Shown: positions 9,831 to 20,922 of the stretch, one piece after another
Numbering within the stretch: the stretch's first letter is position 1
Layout: every line of letters begins with the position of its first letter
Source: an uncultured delta proteobacterium
GTDB lineage: Bacteria > Desulfobacterota > Desulfobacteria > Desulfobacterales > QNYZ01
Length of the DNA: 64,000 nucleotides
Direction: 5' to 3'
Assembly (NCBI GenBank): GCA_963845145.1
Contig: CAWJQU010000004.1
Location: 64,001 to 128,000, forward strand
The notes under the pieces: model-generated
Database searches by the model: none
Seen by the model: only the letters and a program-made list of their open reading frames with translations
What the model was told of the DNA's origin: nothing
Position numbers and translations under genes: made by a program

Positions 9831-9864
9831 GATAACCGGACGCGCTATCGTGCTTTGATACACT

Positions 9865-9909
9865 ATCCGGTTTGCCGGTTAGGGGCGATCCCCATCCGGC
9901 AAACCGGAT
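9865..9909. repeat. Strong intercistronic hairpin after dctP
   Basis: atccggtttgccgg...ccggcaaaccggat 14-bp perfect stem. Confidence 0.65.
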
Positions 9910-9937
9910 CATTTTTACTCTAAACCCTGTTGTGCGT

Positions 9938-10441
9938 ATGAACATTTTTGTGAGAATGGTTGACAAAATAAGCGACTTAACTGCCTGGATATCGGCTGTA
10001 ATACTTGGTCTGATGACCCTGCTGATCCTGGTGGAAATCTTATTGTGGAACGCTTTTCAGAAGACCACCCTGATTGCCGATGAATATAGTGCCTACGGAC
10101 TGGCAGCCATCATCTTTCTGGGCGCCGGTTATTGTTTAAAAGAGAAAGGACATATCCGCATTACCCTTATCCTTGGGCTATTGCCGGAAAAGTTAGCCCG
10201 AGCCATTACCTTTATTGCGACTTGCGCCACCACGGCCTTCATGGGGTATCTCTGGTGGTATCTGTTTAAAATGGTGAGTGCGACCTTTCGCTATCAGTCC
10301 ACCTCGGGAACCTTGACCCATACGCCGCTGTGGATACCTCAAACCCTGATGCTCATCGGTGCTGCCGGGTTTTTTATTCAATTGGCGGCCATGTCCATTA
10401 AGACTTATGCGGCCATTGCTACCAAAGAGGAGGTCGTCTGA
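9938..10441 (+). CDS. dctQ: TRAP transporter small permease
   Basis: Four TM segments; FLGAGYCLKEKGHIRI motif. Confidence 0.88.
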   Translation: MNIFVRMVDKISDLTAWISAVILGLMTLLILVEILLWNAFQKTTLIADEYSAYGLAAIIFLGAGYCLKEKGHIRITLILGLLPEKLARAITFIATCATTAFMGYLWWYLFKMVSATFRYQSTSGTLTHTPLWIPQTLMLIGAAGFFIQLAAMSIKTYAAIATKEEVV

Positions 10442-11751
10442 TGGATGCTGGTATGGCGACCATGTCCTTATTGGTTTTCGGTATTTTGTTTTTAACCCTG
10501 GGGGCCGGAGTCTGGGTCGGCTTCTCCCTGTTTATTGTCGGCTTTGTCGGCATGACATTGTTCAGTTCTCTCCCCGCCGGAAACAATATGGCTTCTTCCG
10601 TTTGGGCCACAGTGGAAAAATGGGAATATGTGGCCCTACCCCTGTTTATTTTAATGGGGGAAATTCTATTTCGCTCAGGAATTTCCGAAAAGCTTTTCAA
10701 GGCGCTGGTTCCCTGGCTTTACCGGTTGCCGGGCGGATTGCTGCTGATGAATATTGTTTCGTGCACGCTTTTTGCGGCTGTCTCCGGTTCCAGTGCCGCT
10801 ACCACTGCCACCGTGGGACGCATCACCCTGGCCGAGTTTGATAAACTCGGATACGACAAAAAAATCGCCATGGGGTCTCTGGCCGGCGCAGGGACCCTTG
10901 GTTTTTTGATTCCCCCATCTTTGATCATGATCGTTTACGCCATTCTGGCCGAGGTTTCCATCGGCAAAATGTTCATGGCCGGAATATTGCCGGGATTGCT
11001 TCTCGCGGGAATTTATTCAAGCTATATTATTTACCGGGGGATTCGAAACCCTGAGATTGCCCCAAAAACGCAGGACCACTATTCCTGGGTGGAACGTCTC
11101 GTCGCCCTAAAGGATTTGGCGCCAACCTTTCTTCTGATCTTGATGGTATTGGGAAGTATTTATGCCGGTTTTGCCACACCGACGGAAGCGGCGGCGCTGG
11201 GTGTTCTGGGGGCCACGGTGTTTGCGTTGATCAACCGACGGATGAACTTTAAAATTCTGATGGAGTGCCTGGTGGGTGCCGTTAAAACCAATGCCATGAT
11301 TATGCTGATTGTGGTGGGCGCTGGGTTTCTTTCCCGGGTGATGGGTTTTTTGGGCATTCCGGCAGCCATTACCCAAGCCATTATTGAAATGAATCTGTCG
11401 CCTTATGCCTTAATGGCCTTGTTAGGCCTGGTTTACATTATTCTGGGATGTTTGCTGGACGGATTCTCCATTGTTGTGATGACCTTACCCATCGCATTAC
11501 CTATGGTTACGGCGGCCGGATTTGATCCCATCTGGTTTGGTATTTATCTTATCCTAATGGTGGAGGTTAGCCAGATAACGCCGCCGGTAGGGTTTAATCT
11601 GTTTGTTATCCAGGGATTAACCGGGGAGCCCATTATTAATATTGCCCGGTACGCATTGCCGTTTTTCTTCCTGATGCTATTGACGACGGCCATCATAACC
11701 ATTTTTCCGGATATCGCCTTGATTTTGCCTAATATCATGATTGGAAAATAG
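10441..11751 (+). CDS. dctM: TRAP transporter large permease
   Basis: ALPLFILMG, SGSSAAT, GTLGFLIPPS, TPTEAA, ITPPVGFNLF. Confidence 0.93.
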   Translation: MDAGMATMSLLVFGILFLTLGAGVWVGFSLFIVGFVGMTLFSSLPAGNNMASSVWATVEKWEYVALPLFILMGEILFRSGISEKLFKALVPWLYRLPGGLLLMNIVSCTLFAAVSGSSAATTATVGRITLAEFDKLGYDKKIAMGSLAGAGTLGFLIPPSLIMIVYAILAEVSIGKMFMAGILPGLLLAGIYSSYIIYRGIRNPEIAPKTQDHYSWVERLVALKDLAPTFLLILMVLGSIYAGFATPTEAAALGVLGATVFALINRRMNFKILMECLVGAVKTNAMIMLIVVGAGFLSRVMGFLGIPAAITQAIIEMNLSPYALMALLGLVYIILGCLLDGFSIVVMTLPIALPMVTAAGFDPIWFGIYLILMVEVSQITPPVGFNLFVIQGLTGEPIINIARYALPFFFLMLLTTAIITIFPDIALILPNIMIGK

Positions 11752-11764
11752 GAGTCCACTCATT

Positions 11765-12535
11765 ATGCCCACCATCGATCTAAATTGTGACATGGGTGAA
11801 AGTTTTGGTGCTTACACCATGGGGATGGATTCTGAGGTGATGTCGTATATTACGTCAGCCAATATTGCTTGTGGTTGGCACGCGGGTGATCCGCTTGTGA
11901 TGGGGAACACTATAAAACAGGCCGTTAACCATGGGGTTGCCGTGGGTGCGCATCCCGGATATCCTGATCTGATGGGGTTTGGGCGACGAAATATGGATTG
12001 TACGCCCGATGATGTATTTCACTATGTGGTTTATCAAATTGGCGCCATACAGGCCTTTTGCCGTTTGCACGACACGCGCTTACAACATGTAAAACCCCAT
12101 GGCGCTCTCTATTTGACCGCTGTAGAAAGTGATACAATCGCCCAGGCTGTGGCCGAAGCGATCGTCCGCGTCGATCCGAATCTGACCTATGTTGCCCTGG
12201 CCGGTGCCAAGGGTGAGAAAATGAGACGGATAGGTCGGGAAGTCGGTTTGAAGGTAGCCTACGAAGCCTTTCCCGATCGGGCCTATACACCGGAGGGGAC
12301 CCTTCAATCCCGTCGTATTCCGGGATCCGTTATCACCGATCCGAACGAAGTGGCCGACCGTGCCCTTCGAATGGCAAAGGAAAACCAGATCATCGCCGTC
12401 GATGGGTCCGTGATAACCGTTGAGGCGCAAACCCTTTGTGTACACGGGGATACACCCATAGCGGTTGAGTTGGTGGCTCGGATTCGGTCGGCGTTGGAAA
12501 ATGATGGGGTTACCCTGAAAGCGATGGGGCATTAG
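11765..12535 (+). CDS. pxpA: LamB/YcsF family protein (5-oxoprolinase subunit A)
   Basis: IDLNCDMGESFG, SANIACGWHAGDP, HVKPHGALY, TLCVHGD. Confidence 0.9.
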   Translation: MPTIDLNCDMGESFGAYTMGMDSEVMSYITSANIACGWHAGDPLVMGNTIKQAVNHGVAVGAHPGYPDLMGFGRRNMDCTPDDVFHYVVYQIGAIQAFCRLHDTRLQHVKPHGALYLTAVESDTIAQAVAEAIVRVDPNLTYVALAGAKGEKMRRIGREVGLKVAYEAFPDRAYTPEGTLQSRRIPGSVITDPNEVADRALRMAKENQIIAVDGSVITVEAQTLCVHGDTPIAVELVARIRSALENDGVTLKAMGH

Positions 12536-12615
12536 CTAAAGACCATTGTTGAAATATTTCGTACTTCCGGCTTCTGAATTTTTCCATCGTTGACTTCGAT
12601 ATGGATGACATCTAA

Positions 12616-13335
12616 ATGAAAAATGGTCGCTATGAAAAACCCCGCTTTCGCATCGCCGGTGATCGCGGCCTGCTGATGGAGTATGGCGATATCATTGACC
12701 CGGTCATTAACCGAAAGGTTCGGACCATGGTCATTTTGATAGATCAGGCCCCACCCGAGGGAATCATTGAGGTGATCCCCACCTATCGTTCCTTGCTCAT
12801 CATCTATGACCCGGGGGTAACAACCCCTGAACGGATTCAAAATGATTTAGATGCGTTGGAACAGCACCACGATCGGATTGAGATCCCACCGCCACGCACG
12901 GTGAAGATCCCCGTCTGCTATGGGGAGACGTTCGGACCCGATCTCGCCCATGTGGCTGACGTTAACCGATTGACCGAAGACGAGGTGATTGATTTACATA
13001 CCGCCACGGCCTATCCGATTTACATGATCGGGTTTACGCCAGGGTTTCCCTTTTTAGGCGGCTTGTCGGAAAAGCTCCATACGCCTCGCTTAAAAACCCC
13101 CCGGACCCATGTTCCGGCCGGATCCGTCGGCATCGCCAACAACCAAACCGGTATCTATCCGGTATCCAGTCCCGGTGGTTGGCAACTCATTGGTCAAACC
13201 CCGCTGAAACTTTTTAACCCATCTATGGATAATCCGTTTTTATATCAAGTCGGCGATTTAATACGGTTTGAATCGATACCAACGGCGACCTTTCATGAAA
13301 TGGCAGCTGAAGGGGGTGCGGATGAAAGCCGTTAA
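12616..13335 (+). CDS. pxpB: 5-oxoprolinase subunit B (KipI/AHS1 family)
   Basis: IPVCYG..FGPDL, MIGFTPGFPFLGG, GIYPVSSPGGWQLIG. Confidence 0.9.
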   Translation: MKNGRYEKPRFRIAGDRGLLMEYGDIIDPVINRKVRTMVILIDQAPPEGIIEVIPTYRSLLIIYDPGVTTPERIQNDLDALEQHHDRIEIPPPRTVKIPVCYGETFGPDLAHVADVNRLTEDEVIDLHTATAYPIYMIGFTPGFPFLGGLSEKLHTPRLKTPRTHVPAGSVGIANNQTGIYPVSSPGGWQLIGQTPLKLFNPSMDNPFLYQVGDLIRFESIPTATFHEMAAEGGADESR

Positions 13336-14278
13336 AGTACTCACACCCGGGGCGTATACAACGGTTCAGGACCTGGGGCGATACGGCTACCAACGTCTGG
13401 GAATACCGATTTGTGGAGCCATGGATCGGTTTGCATTTCAAGTGGCCAACTTATTGGTGGGCAATCATTCCCAGGCGGCGGCGTTGGAATTAACCATTCT
13501 GGGACCACGGGTAGAATTTTTAGTACCCTCCACCATCGCTGTTACCGGTGCCAAAATGGGTATGGCTATCAATGACAAGCCGGTTGAGAACTGGTGTTCG
13601 ATACCTGTTCATCCCGGTGATGTTCTCGATGTTCACCAAGTGACCTCCGGATGCCGAGCCTATTTGGCCATCAATGGGGGGATCGACGTTCCTTCTGTAA
13701 TGGGCAGCTATTCCACCTATGTGGGCGGCCAAATCGGTGGGTACCTGGGAAGAGTGCTTCGCGCCGATGATATTCTTGAAATCGGACCGCCGAACGATCT
13801 GAACATGTCCTGTCACCTGCCGGAAAAATGGATTCCCGAATATCCTGACAACGTCACTGTTCGTGCCATTCCCGGACCGCAGGATGACTTTTTTAAAGAA
13901 GGCCTGACAACCCTTTTCAAGGCCGAATTCATGGTCACCGCAAAAGCGGACAGAATGGGGTATCGCCTCCAGGGCCCGGAAATCAACCTTATCGACGACA
14001 TGCCTTTAAGTATCATCTCTGAACCCAGCGTTCCGGGCGGGATTCAAATTCCGGCGGATTGTCAACCGATCGTATTATTTGTGGAGCAGACGGTTGGGGG
14101 GTATGTTAAAATAGCGACCGTGATATCGAAAGATCTGGGTGTGTTGGCCCAGGCCGTTCCCGGCGATATGGTTCGGTTCGAAAAAGTTAATTTAAAGAGC
14201 GCTCATGCGATTTACAAAGAGGAATCGAAGCGCATGGAACAGGTAGTGAGTTGGATCTCAAGAAAAAGAGGCGCGTAA
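13322..14278 (+). CDS. pxpC: 5-oxoprolinase subunit C / carboxyltransferase-like (KipA/AHS2)
   Basis: TTVQDLGRYG, GAMD, ANLLVGN, DRMGYRL, QTVGGY. Confidence 0.9.
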   Translation: MKAVKVLTPGAYTTVQDLGRYGYQRLGIPICGAMDRFAFQVANLLVGNHSQAAALELTILGPRVEFLVPSTIAVTGAKMGMAINDKPVENWCSIPVHPGDVLDVHQVTSGCRAYLAINGGIDVPSVMGSYSTYVGGQIGGYLGRVLRADDILEIGPPNDLNMSCHLPEKWIPEYPDNVTVRAIPGPQDDFFKEGLTTLFKAEFMVTAKADRMGYRLQGPEINLIDDMPLSIISEPSVPGGIQIPADCQPIVLFVEQTVGGYVKIATVISKDLGVLAQAVPGDMVRFEKVNLKSAHAIYKEESKRMEQVVSWISRKRGA

Positions 14279-14337
14279 ACCCAAATCCTTCCACGTGAGA
14301 TATCCCTTTTTTCTAATGTTCGATACTGCTTTTTTAT

Positions 14338-15369
14338 TTAGACCCAGTTTAACACCACCTTCCCCGACTCTCCCGAGCGCATCACCTCGAATGCTTCTTG
14401 ATACTCGCTAAAATGGAAGCGGTGGGTGATCAGTGGTTCGATGTTGAGGCCGGTTTGAATCATGACCGTCATTTTATACCAGGTTTCATACATCTCGCGA
14501 CCATAAATGCCTTTGATGGTCAGCCCGTTGAAGACCACGAAATCCCAGTCAATGGCTGTGTTGGGGGGGAGAATCCCCAATAGGGCGATCTTGGCGCCAT
14601 GGCACATGCTGGGGAGCATCGCCCTCAGCGCGTCCGGGCTACCGGACATCTCCATCCCGACATCAAAGCCCTCTTTCATGCCGAGCTTTTTTTGCGCGTC
14701 CTCGATTTTATCTTTGCTTACGTCCAGGGCTAGGGTGGCCCCCATTTTTTTAGCGAGACTCAAGCGGTAAGGGTTGATATCCGTTACAACCACATGACGG
14801 GCACCCGCGTGCCTGGCGATTGCGGTGGCCATGCATCCAATGGGGCCGGCGCCGGTGATTAATACATCTTCGCCCAACACATCAAAGGATAACGCGGTGT
14901 GGGTCGCATTGCCTAAGGGGTCAAAGCAGGAAAGGATATCCATTGGAATCGTTGGATCACAATACCACACATTGGTCACCGGAATGCTTAAATATTCGGC
15001 AAAGGCACCGGGCCGATTAACGCCAACCCCGCTGGTATTCATACACAGATGCCGTCGACCGGCGAGGCAGTTACGACAGCGGCCGCAAACCAGATGTCCT
15101 TCACCGGAAACAATATCGCCAGGGTGAAAATCATGAACGTTGTCACCGATCTCGGCGACCTCACCCACAAACTCATGCCCCACATGCATGGGGACCGGGA
15201 TCGTCTTTTGGGCCCAGGCATCCCAGTTGTAGATATGAACATCCGTACCGCAAATGGCGGTTTTGTGAATTTTAATCAACACGTCATTGCGACCCATGGT
15301 CGGCACCGGAACCTCTTCTAACCAGATACCCGGCTCCGATTTACTTTTTACCAATGCTTTCATATTCAT
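14338..15369 (-). CDS. tdh: L-threonine 3-dehydrogenase
   Basis: [65 protein letters not shown]. Confidence 0.95.
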   Translation of the reverse strand: MNMKALVKSKSEPGIWLEEVPVPTMGRNDVLIKIHKTAICGTDVHIYNWDAWAQKTIPVPMHVGHEFVGEVAEIGDNVHDFHPGDIVSGEGHLVCGRCRNCLAGRRHLCMNTSGVGVNRPGAFAEYLSIPVTNVWYCDPTIPMDILSCFDPLGNATHTALSFDVLGEDVLITGAGPIGCMATAIARHAGARHVVVTDINPYRLSLAKKMGATLALDVSKDKIEDAQKKLGMKEGFDVGMEMSGSPDALRAMLPSMCHGAKIALLGILPPNTAIDWDFVVFNGLTIKGIYGREMYETWYKMTVMIQTGLNIEPLITHRFHFSEYQEAFEVMRSGESGKVVLNWV

Positions 15370-15391
15370 GGCGGTGTGCCTTTCATCGGTT

Positions 15392-16741
15392 TCAGTGGTT
15401 GTCTTGTCGATTTCCGTGGTATGTCGTCAGAACATATTCAAACATCTTTTGGCTTTGTGGGGCCAGTACAAGGGCGTATTTAACCGTATCTTTATCTTCT
15501 TTTGCATAAATACCGTAATCGCCACTATTTTTGATATCCCAGTAAAGGGTGTTAAGATTACGTTTGATCTCAAGCTTGACCGTCACATTGCGGGTATTTT
15601 TTACTTCGATGCGAAAAGTGCGGGTCTCGTCCCACCCATTTATCTGACCCTTTCGATCAAAGGTGTAGTGATCGGTGCGATAGTCCATCAAGGTGGGTTT
15701 CACAATCACATCTTGAGCCGTCCCCAGGCTCAATTCCACATCTTCATCAACGGGGATATATTTAAATGCCGACTGGCCTTCATAAGAGAGGTGCTGCTTG
15801 TCATCGACTCTGCGAAATACCTTTAGCCCACCACCGGGTATGGGGGTTTGCCCCAGTTTGTGGGATTTGTCATTTTTAAAGCTGATAAATCGAATCGGCT
15901 GATCGCCATACCGCTGCTGTTCAAATTTATATAAGCTCTCCACGGGTACTTCTGCAGCATCAAAACTGGGTAGACGTTTGGACCACCCTGTCGGTATCGT
16001 TTCCGTCCCTTCGATGGTGTAGAGAAAATATTCACTCAGCCCCTCTTTCTTAATCTCCTTCTTCGATAATCTAACTCCTGCTGCAGATGGGGCTGCAACG
16101 GCTTCATCCATCATCATTTTTGCTTTGGCGACCCTATTTTGCGGTAATGCCCTGCCAAGGGTGGCACCGCTGGGGCGTCCATAAGGGGCATCTCTTTGGG
16201 CCAGCATGGCGATCTGATCGAGCAGATGAACGTTGCCGACAATGAGCCGAACCTGGGCATTTTGGTAATCCTCACCACTATTATTGGTTACCCGCACATA
16301 CCCTTTTAGTCGCATGGTTTGCTCGTCGGGTGCCAAGGTGCCCATATAAAACGCCCGCCAACGGATACCGCTGGTCAGATAGGTGATTTCAACCGGAACG
16401 TTGCCTTTAATGCTGCTGTTAATTTGCCAAATACCGACATTTTTCACCCGGGGCGGGTAGGTCAGATCAAAAATATCAATGTTGTCGGCACTCTTTTTGG
16501 GTAACATTTCCAAACTGGTTGGATCGATGAGGGTGTTGGCCCAGGAAAATTGTAAACGGTTGGGGCCCTCCTTTAGGGTTAATGCCCGTCCGTCGCGAAC
16601 CAGTGTGAGGTCGGCCGAGTTATAAATGGTTACCTGGGTTGTATCGCGGGCCGGCAAGGTGACCAGGTCGATCTTGGCCGAAGCCGGTTGTCCCACGATT
16701 CCGGCAAACAACATCAAGACAACTATTTTAAGGGTTTTCAT
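15392..16741 (-). CDS. Secreted DUF4139-domain protein
   Basis: Signal peptide; [33 protein letters not shown] motifs recalled for this family. Confidence 0.7.
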   Translation of the reverse strand: MKTLKIVVLMLFAGIVGQPASAKIDLVTLPARDTTQVTIYNSADLTLVRDGRALTLKEGPNRLQFSWANTLIDPTSLEMLPKKSADNIDIFDLTYPPRVKNVGIWQINSSIKGNVPVEITYLTSGIRWRAFYMGTLAPDEQTMRLKGYVRVTNNSGEDYQNAQVRLIVGNVHLLDQIAMLAQRDAPYGRPSGATLGRALPQNRVAKAKMMMDEAVAAPSAAGVRLSKKEIKKEGLSEYFLYTIEGTETIPTGWSKRLPSFDAAEVPVESLYKFEQQRYGDQPIRFISFKNDKSHKLGQTPIPGGGLKVFRRVDDKQHLSYEGQSAFKYIPVDEDVELSLGTAQDVIVKPTLMDYRTDHYTFDRKGQINGWDETRTFRIEVKNTRNVTVKLEIKRNLNTLYWDIKNSGDYGIYAKEDKDTVKYALVLAPQSQKMFEYVLTTYHGNRQDNH

Positions 16742-16772
16742 GAAAGCTCCTTTCTATCAGGATTTTACTTAT

Positions 16773-16822
16773 CCTGATTACATCAAACCTGGTCACATCA
16801 AACCTGACCATATCAAATCTGA
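16773..16822. repeat. 15-bp tandem repeat, about 3.3 copies, intergenic
   Basis: cctgattacatcaaa / cctggtcacatcaaa / cctgaccatatcaaa / tctga. Confidence 0.8.
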
Positions 16823-16837
16823 AAAGCCGATTGCCGC

Positions 16838-17995
16838 CTATGGTCGTAAATTGAGGCGGTGGTAGTTCATTTTAAGATTTACCACCGCAGGCCCTTTACC
16901 GCTCCGCGCCGGCAGCTTGATGAAAAATTCGAGCGTATTGGCATCTTTACGTACATATTCGAGGTTGCTATCGATCATTTTCCACTCACCGGGGATGTGC
17001 TGCCGCATGGTTAACGCTGCCGATGTATCCTTGAAATTTTCAATCTTGGCCGTAATTTCTTCGTCCACATCGTACAAAACGATTCTGGGGTTGCTTTTGT
17101 GCGTGGTCCGGCGAATATTGATCCGTTTTTCTTTCATCTTTCGCTGGGTTACGACAATATCGCGGCTATCGCCAATGGTGAGTTCCATTTTTTCCCCGAC
17201 AGGCACGTTTTTAGAAATATCTTCACCTAAAAAAATCGTACTTCCATGACCGTCGTTTTGAAAAAGACGGGCTTTACCGCCCCATAGGACTTGTTCACCA
17301 AGCCCGCTGGCTTTATCGTTGATGATCTGATAGCTGACTGGAATACCCACGTTTTTATTGTTAAGTTTCTCCGGGTCCCAAGGTAACCGTTGCGAATCCC
17401 AGGTCCATATTTTGGTCATTGGAACCGTCTCTTTTTTTAAAAAGCGCAGCCGATTGGTCTGTTCATGGTCGATGGTCTGGATAAATGACTGGTCATCATC
17501 CAAACGGACCATGGCCTCGTCAAAATTTTCGCCGGAATAATTTCGCAGTACCAGGTGGCTCCTGAAATCGACATGCGTTTCTTCTTTGTCGGCCAAAGCC
17601 TTGTAGGTGATGACACGATCGATGTTGCTGAGCAGGTAGCTGATCCTGACTTTCTCGACAAAATCACCTTCACTGGCGAGTTCCCAGATCAAGGCAGCCT
17701 CGTTGGGGGGGTAGCTGACATTCAACAGCGTGACTTTATCCGGATGATCGATCACGCGAAGGCGGATAGAATCCGCATCGATGTTCACCCCTTTCCAGGA
17801 AAAATCGATCTTGTTCAACCCCTTTTGAAGCGATAGTTGCCGTTCTTCCTCAATCAATGTGGCCATTGGATTGCTGAGTCGTATCATGGCCGCATTTCTT
17901 TCCGGCAAGGTTACCAGTGTTGTTCTGGCCTGCGTCATCACCGGGAGAGCCAAGCCAACCAACAATATAACCCATTTGATGATTTTTATTTGCAT
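16838..17995 (-). CDS. Secreted DUF4139-like protein (paralogue of downstream gene)
   Basis: Signal peptide; LVTLPER, LQKGLNKIDFSW and NYSGENF align with the paralogue's [19 protein letters not shown] and NNSGEDY. Confidence 0.65.
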   Translation of the reverse strand: MQIKIIKWVILLVGLALPVMTQARTTLVTLPERNAAMIRLSNPMATLIEEERQLSLQKGLNKIDFSWKGVNIDADSIRLRVIDHPDKVTLLNVSYPPNEAALIWELASEGDFVEKVRISYLLSNIDRVITYKALADKEETHVDFRSHLVLRNYSGENFDEAMVRLDDDQSFIQTIDHEQTNRLRFLKKETVPMTKIWTWDSQRLPWDPEKLNNKNVGIPVSYQIINDKASGLGEQVLWGGKARLFQNDGHGSTIFLGEDISKNVPVGEKMELTIGDSRDIVVTQRKMKEKRINIRRTTHKSNPRIVLYDVDEEITAKIENFKDTSAALTMRQHIPGEWKMIDSNLEYVRKDANTLEFFIKLPARSGKGPAVVNLKMNYHRLNLRP

Positions 17996-18029
17996 GGTTC
18001 GATCTCCTATGGTTGCGATTTATCCGGAC

Positions 18030-20180
18030 TCAATTCTTATCACCTTTTTCGATTTCACCCTTTTTGATTTCGACCAGGCAGCTATTGCAGGGAAAGGCGC
18101 CGCAGGGTGATTTTTCATCCAAGGTGAGTACATTGACGCATCCCCCTAAGTCTGTGCCATTGGCTTGCGGATGGTACCAGGCCCCTGCATCAAGGCTGAC
18201 CACGCCCGGTCTGATTCGATCGGTCACTTTGGCTGTCGTGGCCAGTTTGCCGCGATCATTGTAAATAATGACCGTCTCTCCGTGTAAAATCCCACGAGCG
18301 GTGGCGTCATCGGTATGGATCCATACGGCATCGTCTCCTTTTTCCTTAAAGGCGGGTATATTGTCGAACTGAGAATTAACCCGGGTTCGGGCGTGGGGAC
18401 TGATGAGCTGGAGGGGATAGATTTCGGTAGTCGGATCGTCGGGACCTTCCCATGGATCGATAAATTTGGGCGTGGATGGAATCATGGGATTTTTTAAATC
18501 GCTGATATATTGGCTGTCGATTTCAATCTTTCCGGATGGCGTTGGAAAGGGATTGTTTTCAATATCCTCTATCTGACGGCGAAATGCGACATGATGCGTT
18601 TGATGTTTAATATGATGAGCATCCGTTTGTTTAAATGTGTCGAAATCGGGGAGATCCGGTGTGGCACTAACGAATGTCTTGAGCCACGCATCGGTTGATA
18701 TTGGATTGTATTGATCTACGCCCAAATGACGGGCCAGGTCGGAAAAAATGGTCAGATCCGAACGGACACCTTGCGGTGGCTGGAGCACTTTGTTCATATA
18801 GATGGTATATGGGCCGCCAAGCCAGGGCGTTCCCACATCGTTTGTCTCCATGAAGTGGGAGACAGGCAAAATGATATCTGCAAAACGGCAGGTGGGGGTC
18901 ATAAACAGCTCATGCACCACGATAAACGGCAGGGCTTTCAGGGCTTTGACCCCCTTATTGATATTTAAAAATTGGTTTAACAAGTTGCAGCCGACGATGT
19001 ACAGCAATTTATAATCCGCCGGGTATCCCCCAGCGCGACCGTTGAGCAGGGCATCGAAGACATCAGAGATATGGACCGCCGGGAACCGGTCGGATAGGGT
19101 TGGAAGCGATTTTCCCAACCGGCCCTGATCCCGGCCATGGGTACCACCGGCGACCACGCCCCCGGGAATGCCGATGTTTCCGGTCATGGCGGCCAATACA
19201 TGGGCGGCCCTGTGAAATTGTTCCCCAAAGGCCGTGCGGCCCGGTGCCCAGCCGGTATAGAGCGCCGCCGGTTTACGGGTCGCATATTCCCTGGCGAGGG
19301 TTTGGATATCGTCTTCGGGCACACCGGTAATGGCGGATGCCCAGGCAGCGGTTTTGGGAACACCGTCGGATTCTCCCAAAAAGTAAGCCTTAAAAGGCTC
19401 GAAGCCGATCGTATAGCGTTTTAAAAACGCAAGATCGGTCAGATCCTCTACCCAGATGGTATGGGCCATGGCGATGAGCATGGCCGTATCGGTTGCTGGT
19501 TTGATGGGAATCCACTGCTGGGCCAATGCCCGGGTTGATGGGCTTTGGCGCGGATCGACCGAGATGATCCGGATGTTTTTCTTTTTTGCCAGGTGAAGAT
19601 AGGCCGCCGTATCCGGTCCGAAACGGGATACGACCGGGTTCCACCCCCACAGAATGATTAAATCGGCAAGCAAGAGATTGTCGCGGCTGCTGCCCGTATT
19701 GCCGGATCCGAAGGTTGCCTTGGCGGCGAATTTAGCCGCTTCATTGGATGCACTCCCCCATACCCGGGTGCATCCACCTAACATATTAAAAAACCGGGAG
19801 GCGGTCTTCCGGCTGCTGTGCAAGGCGCTTTCGTTCCCAAAATAGTCCATGAGAAAGATCGACTCAGGTCCATGTTGTTCATTCGTTCGGGTTATCTCGG
19901 CCGCGATCGTCGTCAGGGCTTCATCCCACGAAATGGGTTCAAATTTTCCCTCGCCGCGAGGGCCGATCCTCTTTAGAGGTTCGGTGAGACGCTGAGGTGC
20001 GTGGACCACATGTTTTTGCATCAACCCCCGGACACACGCTTTAAGTCCCGGGCCGTGCGATTTATCGGTCGTGATCCGAATAATGTGATTATCTTTGACA
20101 TGGACCCGTAAAAGGCAGCGGGCTCCGCAATCGTAAGAGCAGGTGGTGGTGACGATGTTATCCGGCGAGGTGGTTTTCAT
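18030..20180 (-). CDS. Molybdopterin oxidoreductase catalytic subunit (DmsA/BisC-like, [4Fe-4S])
   Basis: [11 protein letters not shown]...[45 protein letters not shown]; no Tat signal. Confidence 0.9.
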   Translation of the reverse strand: MKTTSPDNIVTTTCSYDCGARCLLRVHVKDNHIIRITTDKSHGPGLKACVRGLMQKHVVHAPQRLTEPLKRIGPRGEGKFEPISWDEALTTIAAEITRTNEQHGPESIFLMDYFGNESALHSSRKTASRFFNMLGGCTRVWGSASNEAAKFAAKATFGSGNTGSSRDNLLLADLIILWGWNPVVSRFGPDTAAYLHLAKKKNIRIISVDPRQSPSTRALAQQWIPIKPATDTAMLIAMAHTIWVEDLTDLAFLKRYTIGFEPFKAYFLGESDGVPKTAAWASAITGVPEDDIQTLAREYATRKPAALYTGWAPGRTAFGEQFHRAAHVLAAMTGNIGIPGGVVAGGTHGRDQGRLGKSLPTLSDRFPAVHISDVFDALLNGRAGGYPADYKLLYIVGCNLLNQFLNINKGVKALKALPFIVVHELFMTPTCRFADIILPVSHFMETNDVGTPWLGGPYTIYMNKVLQPPQGVRSDLTIFSDLARHLGVDQYNPISTDAWLKTFVSATPDLPDFDTFKQTDAHHIKHQTHHVAFRRQIEDIENNPFPTPSGKIEIDSQYISDLKNPMIPSTPKFIDPWEGPDDPTTEIYPLQLISPHARTRVNSQFDNIPAFKEKGDDAVWIHTDDATARGILHGETVIIYNDRGKLATTAKVTDRIRPGVVSLDAGAWYHPQANGTDLGGCVNVLTLDEKSPCGAFPCNSCLVEIKKGEIEKGDKN

Positions 20181-20319
20181 GGATGATATCTCAAATATAA
20201 CCGTCTGGAAAGAGGCCCCCTTGAGCAAATGATGGTTACACGGTAATGAATAGATGGTTCGGGGTCAAATGAAAACAGCTATTCTCACATTGTCTTAGCG
20301 GAAATGACGGAGATTTATC

Positions 20320-20922
20320 ATGATAGAAAAATCGAGTACGGCGCAGTTAAACGAAAAGCAAGGGCGGGTTTTGGTTCAGTTGGCGCGGCAGACCATCATG
20401 GAAAAGCTGGGCGCCAAACCGGATCCGGTGGCGGCCGATTCCGTCAGGGAAGCCCTGGATGATGACCAACTCCAGGTCCGGCGAGGGACCTTTGTTACCC
20501 TGAAGATGGATAACCAACTGCGGGGGTGTATCGGCACCTTGAGTGCCACCGAATCCATCACGGACTCCATAAAGAACAACGCCGTCAATGCCGCTTTTAA
20601 TGACTTTCGATTTTCACCCCTGACCGGTAAAGAGCTGGACCGGGTAGAGGTGGAAATCAGTATTCTTACCGAACCGCAACCCCTGGAGTATGTCGACGGC
20701 GACGACCTGATCGCCTTGTTAAGGCCTAACGTGGATGGCGTCATTCTTCGCAAAGGGGCGGCGTCAGCCACCTTTTTGCCCCAGGTGTGGGAACAACTCC
20801 CCCGGCCCGAAGATTTTCTCAGTCATCTTTGTCAAAAAGCGGGCTTAGCATCAACCGCCTGGCAAGATGACGCTTTGCAGGTGTCGACCTATCAGGTCCA
20901 GTATTTTGAAGAAGAAGCGTGA
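20320..20922 (+). CDS. AMMECR1-domain protein (AmmeMemoRadiSam protein A)
   Basis: GTFVTL...LRGCIG, AAFNDFRFSP, ATFLPQVWEQLP, LCQKAG. Confidence 0.92.
   Translation: MIEKSSTAQLNEKQGRVLVQLARQTIMEKLGAKPDPVAADSVREALDDDQLQVRRGTFVTLKMDNQLRGCIGTLSATESITDSIKNNAVNAAFNDFRFSPLTGKELDRVEVEISILTEPQPLEYVDGDDLIALLRPNVDGVILRKGAASATFLPQVWEQLPRPEDFLSHLCQKAGLASTAWQDDALQVSTYQVQYFEEEA

Noticed and set aside
16773..16822. Short repeats here and at 63757 as CRISPR arrays
   Set aside because: Head-to-tail units without spacers and no cas genes
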